From Tubulanus polymorphus (taxonomy: Eukaryota > Animalia > Nemertea), in the NCBI RefSeq assembly GCF_964204645.1, contig NC_134025.1, forward strand, positions 31,886,788-31,950,787: a DNA stretch of 64,000 nt, in the 5' to 3' direction. The position numbers and the translations under genes are program-made. How positions within the stretch are numbered: the stretch's first letter is position 1; every line of letters begins with the position of its first letter. Positions 33,401-45,400 of the stretch are shown here, one piece after another. The notes beneath the pieces were generated by a model. It saw nothing but the letters and a program-made list of their open reading frames with translations, had not been told where the DNA came from and did no database searches.

Positions 33401-36400
33401 GATACAGATTTTTCTTGCAAAATAGGGTCCTAAAGATGATGAATTCTATCTTAATTGATGGGTTAGGGTGTACTGAACTGATTTCAAATAGATAGGTTGA
33501 AAGAATCCGAATTTTCTGGCTGCTTTTGGTTCTGAAGATGATGGATTCAATCTGAAAAGATGTGTTAAGGCGTATTGAACTGATTTCAAATAGATAGGTG
33601 GAAAGATTAAGAATTTTCTGGCTATTTATGCTCCTGAAGATGATGGACTCGATCTGAAATGATAGGTTAAGGTAAACTGAACTGATTTCGAGTAGATGGA
33701 CTGAAAGATACATATTTTTCTTGCAAAGTAGGGTCCTAAAGATGATAAGTTCTATCTTAATTGATTGGTTAGGGTGTACTGAACTGATTTCAAATAGATA
33801 GGTGGAAAGATTAAGAATTTTCTGGCTATTTATGCTCCTGAAGATGATGGACTCGATCTGAAACGATAGGTTAAGGTAAACTGAACTGATTTCGTGTAGA
33901 TTGACTGAAAGATACAGATTTTTCTTGCAAAATAGGGTCCTAAAGATGATGAATTCTATCTTAATTGATGGGTTAGGGTGTACTGAACTGATTTCAAATA
34001 GATAGGTTGAAAGAATCAGAATTTTCTGGCTGCTTTTGGTTCTGAAGATGATGGATTCAACCTGAAAAGATGTGTTAAGGCGTATTGAACTGATTTCAAA
34101 TAGATAGGTGGAAAGATTCAGAATCTTCTGGGTACTCATGCTCCTGAAGATGATGGACTCGATCTGAAATGATAGGTTAAGGCAAACTGAACTGATTTCG
34201 AGTAGATGGACTGAAAGATACAGATTTTTCTTGCAAAATAGGGTCCTAAAGATGATGAGTTCTATCTTAATTGATGGGTTAGGGTGTACTGAACTGATTT
34301 CAAATAGATAGGTTGAAAGAATCAGAATTTTCTGGCTGCTTTTGGTTCTGAAGATGATGGATTCGATTTGAAAAGATGTGTTAAGGCGTATTGAACTGAT
34401 TTCAAATAGATAGGTGGAAAGATTCAGAATTTTCTGGGTACTTATGCTCCTGAAGATGATGGACTCGATCTGAAATGATAGGTTAAGGTAAACTGAACTG
34501 ATTTCGAGTAGATGGACTGAAAGATACAGATTTTTCTTGCAAAATAGGGTCCTAAAGATGATGAATTCTATCTTAATTGATGGGTTAGGGTGAACTGAAC
34601 TGATTTCAAATAGATAGGTGGAAAGAATCAGAATTTTCTTGCTGCCTTTGGTTCTGAAGATGATGGACTCAATCTGAAAAGATGGGCTAAGGCGTATGGA
34701 ACTGATTTCAAATAGATAGGTGGAAAGATTAAGAATTTTCTGGCTATTTATGCTCCTGAAGATGATGGACTCGATCTGAAATGATAGGTTAAGGTAAACT
34801 GAACTGATTTCGAGTAGATGGACTGAAAGATACAGATTTTTCTTGCAAAATAGGGTCCTAAAGATGATGAATTCTATCTTAATTGTTGGGTTAGGGTGTA
34901 CTGAACTGATGTTCAATAGATTGGTTGAAAGATTCAGAATTTTCTGACTACTTATACTTCTGAAGTTGATTGATTCAATCTGAAACGATGGGTTAAGGCG
35001 TATTGAACTGATTTCAAATAGATAGGTGGAAAGATTAAGAATTTTCTGGCTATTTATGCTCCTGAAGATGATGGACTCCATCTGAAATGATAGGTTAAGG
35101 TAAACTGAACTGATTTCGAGTAGATGGACTGAAAGATACAGATTTTTCTTGCAAAATAGGGTCCTAAAGATGATGAATTCTATCTTAATTGTTGGGTTAG
35201 GGTGTACTGAACTGATGTTCAATAGATTGGTTGAAAGATTCAGAATTTTCTGACTACTTATACTTCTGAAGTTGATTGATTCAATCTGAAACGATGGGTT
35301 AAGGCGTATTGAACTGATTTCAAATAGATAGGTGGAAAGATTAAGAATTTTCTGGCTATTTATGCTCCTGAAGATGATGGACTCCATCTGAAATGATAGG
35401 TTAAGGTAAACTGAACTGATTCCGAGTAGATGGGATGTAAGATACAGATTTTTGTTGCAAATTAGGGTCCTAAAGATGATGAATTCTATCTTATTTAATG
35501 GGTTAGGGTGTAATGAACTGATGTCAAATAGATAGGTTGAAAGAATCAGAATTTTCTGGCTGCTTTTGGTTCTGAAGATGATGGATTCAATCTGAAAAGA
35601 TGGGTTTAGGCGAATTGAACTGATTTCAAATAGGTAGGTGGAAAGATTAAGAATTTTCTGGCTTTTTACGCTCCTGAAGATGATGGAATCGATCTGAAAC
35701 GATAGGTTAAGGTAAACTGAACTGATTTCGAGTAGATGGACTGAAAGATACAGATTTTTCTTGCAAAATAGGGTCCTAAAGATGATGAATTCTATCTTAA
35801 TTGATGGGTTAGGGTGTACTGAACTGATTTCAAATAGATAGGTGGAAAGATTAAGAATTTTCTGGCTATTTATGCTCCTGAAGATGATGGACTCGATCTG
35901 AAACGATAGGTTAAGGTAAACTGAACTGATTTCGTGTAGATGGACTGAAAGATACAGATTTTTCTTGCAAAATAGGGTCCTAAAGATGATGAATTCTATC
36001 TTAATTGATGGGTTAGGGCGTATTGAACTGATTTCAAATAGATAGGTGGAAAGATTCAGAATCTTCTGGGTACTTATGCTCCTGAAGATGATGGACTCGA
36101 TCTGAAATGATAGGTTAAGGCAAACTGAACTGATTTCGAGTAGATGGACTGAAAGATACAGATTTTTCTTGCAAAATAGGGTCCTAAAGATGATGAATTC
36201 TATCTTAATTGTTGGGTTAGGGTGTACTGAACTGATGTTCAATAGATTGGTTGAAAGATTCAGAATTTTCTGACTACTTATAGTTCTGAAGTTGATTGAT
36301 TCAATCTGAAAAGATGGGTTAAGGCGTATTGAACTGATTTCAAATAGATAGGTGGAAAGATTAAGAATTTTCTGGCTATTTATGCTCCTGAAGATGATGG

Positions 36401-39400
36401 ACTCGATCTGAAATGATAGGTTAAGGTAAACTGAACTGATTCCGAGTAGATGGGATGAAAGATACAGATTTTTGTTGCAAAATAGGGTCCTAAAGATGAT
36501 GAATTCTATCTTAATTAATGGGTTAGGGTGTAATGAACTGATGTCAAATAGATAGGTTGAAAGAATCAGAATTTTCTGGCTGCTTTTGGTTCTGAAGATG
36601 ATGGATTCAATCTGAAAAGATGGGTTTAGGCGAATTGAACTGATTTCAAATAGATAGGTGGAAAGATTCAGAATTTTCTGGCTGCTTTTGGTCCTAAAGA
36701 TGATGAGTTCTATCTTAATTGATTGGTTAGGGTGTACTGAACTGATTTCAAATAGATAGGTGGAAAGATTAAGAATTTTCTGGCTATTTATGCTCCTGAA
36801 GATGATGGACTCGATCTGAAACGTTAGGTTAAGGTAAACTGAACTGATTTCGTGTAGATGGACTGAAAGATACAGATTTTTCTTGCAAAATAGGGTCCTA
36901 AAGATGATGAATTCTATCTTAATTGATGGGTTAGGGTGTACTGAACTGATTTCAAATAGATAGGTTGAAAGAATCAGAATTTTCTGGCTGCTTTTGGTTC
37001 TGAAGATGATGGATTCAACCTGAAAAGATGTGTTAAGGCGTATTGAACTGATTTCAAATAGATAGGTGGAAAGATTCAGAATCTTCTGGGTACTTATGCT
37101 CCTGAAGATGATGGACTCGATCTGAAATGATAGGTTAAGGCAAACTGAACTGATTTCGAGTAGATGGACTGAAAGATACAGATTTTTCTTGCAAAATAGG
37201 GTCCTAAAGATGATGAGTTCTATCTTAATTGATGGGTTAGGGTGTACTGAACTGATTTCAAATAGATAGGTTGAAAGAATCAGAATTTTCTGGCTGCTTT
37301 TGGTTCTGAAGATGATGGATTCAATTTGAAAAGATGTGTTAAGGCGTATTGAACTGATTTCAAATAGATAGGTGGAAAGATTAAGAATTTTCTGGCTATT
37401 TATGCTCCTGAGGATGATGCACTCGATCTGAAATGATAGGTTAAGGTAGACTGAACTGATTTCGAGTAGATGGACTGAAAGATACAGATTTTTCTTGCAA
37501 AATAGGGTCCTAAAGATGATGAGTTCTATCTTAATTGATGGGTTAGGGTGTACTGAACTGATTTCAAATAGATAGGTTGAAAGAATCAGAATTTTCTGGC
37601 TGCTTTTGGTTCTGAAGATGATGGATTCAATCTGAAAAGATGTGTTAAGGCGTATTGAACTGATTTCAAATAGATAGGTGGAAAGATTAAGAATTTTCTG
37701 GCTATTTATGCTCCTGAAGATGATGGACTCGATCTGAAATGATAGGTTAAGGTAAACTGAACTGATTTCGAGAAGATGGACTGAAAGATACAGATTTTTC
37801 TTGCAAAATAGGGTCCTAAAGATGATGAGTTCTATCTTAATTGATGGGTTAGGGTGTACTGAACTGATTTCAAATAGATAGGTTGAAAGAATCAGAATTT
37901 TCTGGCTGCTTTTGGTTCTGAAGATGATGGATTCAATCTGAAAAGATGTGTTAAGGCGTATTGAACTGATTTCAAATAGATAGGTGGAAAGATTAAGAAT
38001 TTTCTGGCTATTTATGCTCCTGAAGATGATGGACTCGATCTGAAATGATAGGTTAAGGTAAACTGAACTGATTTGGAGAAGATGGACTGAAAGATACAGA
38101 TTTTTCTTGCAAAATAGGGTCCTAAAGATGATGAGTTCTATCTTAATTGATGGGTTAGAGTGTACTGAACTGACTTCAAATAGATAGGTGGAAAGATTAA
38201 GAATTTTCTGGCTATTTATGCTCCTGAAGATGATGGACTCGATCTGAAATGATAGGTTAAGGTAAACTGAACTGATTTCGAGAAGATGGATTGAAAGATA
38301 CAGATTTTTCTTGCAAAATAGGGTCCTAAAGATGATGAGTTCTATCTTAATTGATGGGTTAGAGTGTACTGAACTGACTTCAAATAGATAGGTGGAAAGA
38401 TTAAGAATTTTCTGGCTATTTATGCTCCTGAAGATGATGGACTCGATCTGAAACGATAGGTTAAGGTAAACTGAACTGATTTCGAGTAGATGGACTGAAA
38501 GATACAGATTTTTCTTGCAAAATAGGGTCCTAAAGATGATGAATTCTATCTTAATTGATGGGTTAGGGTGTACTGAACTGATTTCAAATACATAGGTTGA
38601 AAGAATCAGAATTTTCTGGCTGCTTTTGGTTCTGAAGATGATGGATTCAATCTGAAAAGATGTGTTAAGGCGTATTGAACTGATTTCAAATAGATAGGTG
38701 GAATGATTCAGAATTTTCTGGGTACTTATCCTCCTGAAGATGATGGACTCGATCTGAAATGATAGGGTAAGGTAAACTGAACTGATTTCGAGTAGATGGA
38801 CTGAAAGATACAGATTTTTCTTGCAAAATAGGGTCCTAGAGATGATGAATTCTATCTTAATTGATGGGTTAGGATGTACTGAACTGATTTCAAATAGATA
38901 GGTTGAAAGAATCAGAATTTTCTGGCTGCCTTTGGTTCTGAAGATGATGGACTCAATCTGAAAAGATGGGCTAAGGCGTATTGAACTGATTTCAAATAGA
39001 TAGGTGGAAAGATTAAGAATTTTCTGGCTTTTTATGCTCCTGATGATGATGGACTCGATCTGAAATGATAGGTTAAGGTAAACTGAACTGATTTCGAGTA
39101 GATGGACTGAAAGATACAGATTTTTCTTGCAAAAAAGGGTCCTAAAGATGATGAATTCTATCTTAATTGATGGGTTAGGGTGAACTGAACTGATTTCAAA
39201 TAGATAGGTGGAAAGAATCAGAATTTTCTGGCTGCCTTTGGTTCTGAAGATGATGGACTCAATCTGAAAAGATGGGCTAAGGCGTATGGAACTGATTTCA
39301 AATAGATAGGTGGAAAGATTAAGAATTTTCTGGCTATTTATGCTCCTGAAGATGATGGACTCGATCTGAAATGATAGGTTAAGGTAAACTGAACTGATTT

Positions 39401-42400
39401 CGAGTAGATGGACTGAAAGATACAGATTTTTCTTGCAAAATAGGGTCCTAAAGATGATGAATTCTATCTTAATTGTTGGGTTAGGGTGTACTGAACTGAT
39501 GTTCAATAGATTGGTTGAAAGATTCAGAATTTTCTGACTACTTATACTTCTGAAGTTGATTGATTCAATCTGAAAAGATGGGTTAAGGCGTATTGAACTG
39601 ATTTCAAATAGATGGGTGGAAAGATTAAGAATTTTCTGGCTATTTATGCTCCTGAAGATGATGGACTCCATCTGAAATGATAGGTTAAGGTAAACTGAAC
39701 TGATTCCGAGTAGATGGGATGTAAGATACAGATTTTTGTTGCAAATTAGGGTCCTAAAGATGATGAATTCTATCTTAATTAATGGGTTAGGGTGTAATGA
39801 ACTGATGTCAAATAGATAGGTTGAAAGAATCAGAATTTTCTGGCTGCTTTTGGTTCTGAAGATGATGGATTCAATCTGAAAAGATGGGTTTAGGCGAATT
39901 GAACTGATTTCAAATAGATAGGTGGAAAGATTCAGAATTTTCTGGCTATTTATGCTCCTGAAGATGATGGACTCGATCTGAAACGATAGGTTAAGGTAAA
40001 CTGAACTGATTTCGAGTAGATGGACTGAAAGATACAGATTTTTCTTGCAAAATAGGGTCCTAAAGATGATGAATTCTATCTTAATTGATGGGTTAGGGTG
40101 TACTGAACTGATTTCAAATAGATAGGTTGAAAGAATCCGAATTTTCTGGCTGCTTTTGGTTCTGAAGATGATGGATTCAATCTGAAAAGATGTGTTAAGG
40201 CGTATTGAACTGATTTCAAATAGATAGGTGGAAAGATTTAGCATTTTCTGGGTACTGATGCTCCTGAAGATGATGGACTCGATCTGAAATGATAGGTTAA
40301 GGTAAACTGAACTGATTTCGAGTAGATGGACTGAAAGATACATATTTTTCTTGCAAAGTAGGGTCCTTAAGATGATAAGTTCTATCATAATTGATTGGTT
40401 AGGGTGTACTGAACTGATTTCAAATAGATAAGTGGAAAGATTAAGAATTTTCTGGCTATTTATGCTCCTGAAGATGATGGACTCGATCTGAAACGATAGG
40501 TTAAGGTAAACTGAACTGATTTCGTGTAGATTGACTGAAAGATACAGATTTTTCTTGCAAAATAGGGTCCTAAAGATGATGAATTCTATCTTAATTGATG
40601 GGTTAGGGTGTACTGAACTGATTTCAAATAGATAGGTTGAAAGAATCAGAATTTTCTGGCTGCTTTTGGTTCTGAAGATGATGGATTCAACCTGAAAAGA
40701 TGTGTTAAGGCGTATTGAACTGATTTCAAATAGATAGGTGGAAAGATTCAGAATCTTCTGGGTACTTATGCTCCTGAAGATGATGGACTCGATCTGAAAT
40801 GATAGGTTAAGGCAAACTGAACTGATTTCGAGTAGATGGACTGAAAGATACAGATTTTTCTTGCAAAATAGGGTCCTAAAGATGATGAGTTCTATCTTAA
40901 TTGATGGGTTAGGGTGTACTGAACTGATTTCAAATAGATAGGTTGAAAGAATCAGAATTTTCTGGCTGCTTTTGGTTCTGAAGATGATGGATTCGATTTG
41001 AAAAGATGTGTTAAGGCGTATTGAACTGATTTCAAATAGATAGGTGGAAAGATTCAGAATTTTCTGGGTACTTATGCTCCTGAAGATGATGGACTCGATC
41101 TGAAATGATAGGTTAAGGTAAACTGAACTGATTTCGAGTAGATGGACTGAAAGATACAGATCTTTCTTGCAAAATAGGGTCCTAAAGATGATGAATTCTA
41201 TCTTAATTGATGGGTTAGGGTGAAATGAACTGATTTCAAATAGATAGGTGGAAAGAATCAGAATTTTCTGGCTGCCTTTGGTTCTGAAGATGATGGACTC
41301 AATCTGAAAAGATGGGCTAAGGCGTATGGAACTGATTTCAAATGGATAGGTGGAAAGATTAAGAATTTTCTGGCTATTTATGCTCCTGAAGATAATGGAC
41401 TCGATCTGAAATGATAGGTTAAGGTAAACTGAACTGATTTCGAGTAGATGGACTGAAAGATACAGATTTTTCTTGCAAAATAGGGTCCTAAAGATGATGA
41501 ATTCTATCTTAATTGTTGGGTTAGGGTGTACTGAATTGATGTTCAATAGATTGGTTGAAAGATTCAGAATTTTCTGACTACTTATACTTCTGAAGTTGAT
41601 TGAAACAATCTGAAAAGATGGGTTAAGGCGTATTGAACTGATTTCAAATAGATAGGTGGAAAGATTAAGAATTTTCTGGCTATTTATGCTCCTGAAGATG
41701 ATGGACTCGATCTGAAATGATAGGTTAAGGTAAACTGAACTGATTTGGAGAAGATGGACTGAAAGATACAGATTTTTCTTGCAAAATAGGGTCCTAAAGA
41801 TGATGAGTTCTATCTTAATTGATGGGTTAGGGTGTACTGAACTGATTTCAAATAGATAGGTGGAAAGATTAAGAATTTTCTGGCTATTTATGCTCCTGAA
41901 GATGATGGACTCGATCTGAAACGTTAGGTTAAGGTAAACTGAACTGATTTCGTGTAGATGGACTGAAAGATACAGATTTTTCTTGCAAAATAGGGTCCTA
42001 AAGATGATGAATTCTATCTTAATTGATGGGTTAGGGTGTACTGAACTGATTTCAAATAGATAGGTTGAAAGAATCAGAATTTTCTGGCTGCTTTTGGTTC
42101 TGAAGATGATGGATTCAACCTGAAAAGATGTGTTAAGGCGTATTGAACTGATTTCAAATAGATAGGTGGAACGATTCAGAATCTTCTGGGTACTTATGCT
42201 CCTGAAGATGATGGACTCGATCTGAAATGATAGGTTAAGGCAAACTGAACTGATTTCGAGTAGATGGACTGAAAGATACAGATTTTTCTTGCAAAATAGG
42301 GTCCTAAAGATGATGAGTTCTATCTTAATTGATGGGTTAGGGTGTACTGAACTGATTTCAAATAGATAGGTTGAAAGAATCAGAATTTTCTGGCTGCTTT

Positions 42401-45400
42401 TGGTTCTGAAGATGATGGATTCAATTTGAAAAGATGTGTTAAGGCGTATTGAACTGATTTCAAATAGATAGGTGGAAAGATTAAGAATTTTCTGGCTATT
42501 TATGCTCCTGAGGATGATGCACTCGATCTGAAATGATAGGTTAAGGTAGACTGAACTGATTTCGAGTAGATGGACTGAAAGATACAGATTTTTCTTGCAA
42601 AATAGGGTCCTAAAGATGATGAGTTCTATCTTAATTGATGGGTTAGGGTGTACTGAACTGATTTCAAATAGATAGGTTGAAAGAATCAGAATTTTCTGGC
42701 TGCTTTTGGTTCTGAAGATGATGGATTCAATCTGAAAAGATGTGTTAAGGCGTATTGAACTGATTTCAAATAGATAGGTGGAAAGATTAAGAATTTTCTG
42801 GCTATTTATGCTCCTGAAGATGATGGACTCGATCTGAAATGATAGGTTAAGGTAAACTGAACTGATTTCGAGAAGATGGACTGAAAGATACAGATTTTTC
42901 TTGCAAAATAGGGTCCTAAAGATGATGAGTTCTATCTTAATTGATGGGTTAGGGTGTACTGAACTGATTTCAAATAGATAGGTTGAAAGAATCAGAATTT
43001 TCTGGCTGCTTTTGGTTCTGAAGATGATGGATTCAATCTGAAAAGATGTGTTAAGGCGTATTGAACTGATTTCAAATAGATAGGTGGAAAGATTAAGAAT
43101 TTTCTGGCTATTTATGCTCCTGAAGATGATGGACTCGATCTGAAATGATATGTTAAGGTAAACTGAACTGATTTGGAGAAGATGGACTGAAAGATACAGA
43201 TTTTTCTTGCAAAATAGGGTCCTAAAGATGATGAGTTCTATCTTAATTGATGGGTTAGAGTGTACTGAACTGACTTCAAATAGATAGGTGGAAAGATTAA
43301 GAATTTTCTGGCTATTTATGCTCCTGAAGATGATGGACTCGATCTGAAATGATAGGTTAAGGTAAACTGAACTGATTTCGAGAAGATGGACTGAAAGATA
43401 CAGATTTTTCTTGCAAAATAGGGTCCTAAAGATGATGAGTTCTATCTTAATTGATGGGTTAGAGTGTACTGAACTGACTTCAAATAGATAGGTGGAAAGA
43501 TTAAGAATTTTCTGGCTATTTATGCTCCTGAAGATGATGGACTCGATCTGAAACGATAGGTTAAGGTAAACTGAACTGATTTCGAGTAGATGGACTGAAA
43601 GATACAGATTTTTCTTGCAAAATAGGGTCCTAAAGATGATGAGTTCTATCTTAATTGATGGGTTAGGGTGTACTGAACTGATTTCAAATACATAGGTTGA
43701 AAGAATCAGAATTTTCTGGCTGCTTTTGGTTCTGAAGATGATGGATTCAATCTGAAAAGATGTGTTAAGGCGTATTGAACTGATTTCAAATAGATAGGTG
43801 GAATGATTCAGAATTTTCTGGGTACTTATCCTCCTGAAGATGATGGACTCGATCTGAAATGATAGGGTAAGGTAAACTGAACTGATTTCGAGTAGATGGA
43901 CTGAAAGAAACAGATTTTTCTTGCAAAATAGGGTCCTAGAGATGATGAATTCTATCTTAGTTGATGGGTTAGGATGTACTGAACTGATTTCAAATAGATA
44001 GGTTGAAAGAATCAGAATTTTCTGGCTGCCTTTGGTTCTGAAGATGATGGACTCAATCTGAAAAGATGGGCTAAGGCGTATTGAACTGATTTCAAATAGA
44101 TAGGTGGAAAGATTAAGAATTTTCTGGCTATTTATGCTCCTGAAGATGATGGACTCGATCTGAAATGATAGGTTAAGGTAAACTGAACTGATTTCGAGTA
44201 GATGGACTGAAAGATACAAATTTTTCTTGCAAAAAAGGGTCCTAAAGATGATGAATTCTATTTTAATTGATGGGTTAGGGTGAACTGAACTGATTTCAAA
44301 TAGATAGGTGGAAAGAATCAGAATTTTCTGGCTGCCTTTGGTTCTGAAGATGATGGACTCAATCTGAAAAGATGGGCTAAGGCGTATGGAACTGATTTCA
44401 AATAGATAGGTGGAAAGATTAAGAATTTTCTGGCTATTTATGCTCCTGAAGATGATGGACTCGATCTGAAATGATAGGTTAAGGTAAACTGAACTGATTT
44501 CGAGTAGATGGACTGAAAGATACAGATTTTTCTTGCAAAATAGGGTCCTAAAGATGATGAATTCTATCTTAATTGTTGGGTTAGGGTGTACTGAACTGAT
44601 GTTCAATAGATTGGTTGAAAGATTCAGAATTTTCTGACTACTTTTACTTCTGAAGTTGATTGATTCAATCTGAAAAGATGGGTTTAGGCGTATTGAACTG
44701 ATTTCAAATAGATGGGTGGAAAGATTAAGAATTTTCTGGCTATTTATGCTCCTGAAGATGATGGACTCCATCTGAAATGATAGGTTAAGGTAAACTGAAC
44801 TGATTCCGAGTAGATGGGATGTAAGATACAGATTTTTGTTGCAAATTAGGGTCCTAAAGATGATGAATTCTATCTTAATTAATGGGTTAGGGTGTAATGA
44901 ACTGATGTCAAATAGATAGGTTGAAAGAATCAGAATTTTCTGGCTGCTTTTGGTTCTGAAGATGATGGATTCAATCTGAAAAGATGGGTTTAGGCGAATT
45001 GAACTGATTTCAAATAGATAGGTGGAAAGATTCAGAATTTTCTGGCTATTTATGCTCCTGAAGATGATGGACTCGATCTGAAACGATAGGTTAAGGTAAA
45101 CTGAACTGATTTCGAGTAGATGGACTGAAAGATACAGATTTTTCTTGCAAAATAGGGTCCTAAAGATGATGAATTCTATCTTAATTGATGGGTTAGGGTG
45201 TACTGAACTGATTTCAAATAGATAGGTTGAAAGAATCAGAATTTTCTGGCTGCTTTTGGTTCTGAAGATGATGGATTCAATCTGAAAAGATGTGTTAAGG
45301 CGTATTGAACTGATTTCAAATAGATAGGTGGAAAGATTTAGCATTTTCTGGGTACTGATGCTCCTGAAGATGATGGACTCGATCTGAAATGATAGGTTAA

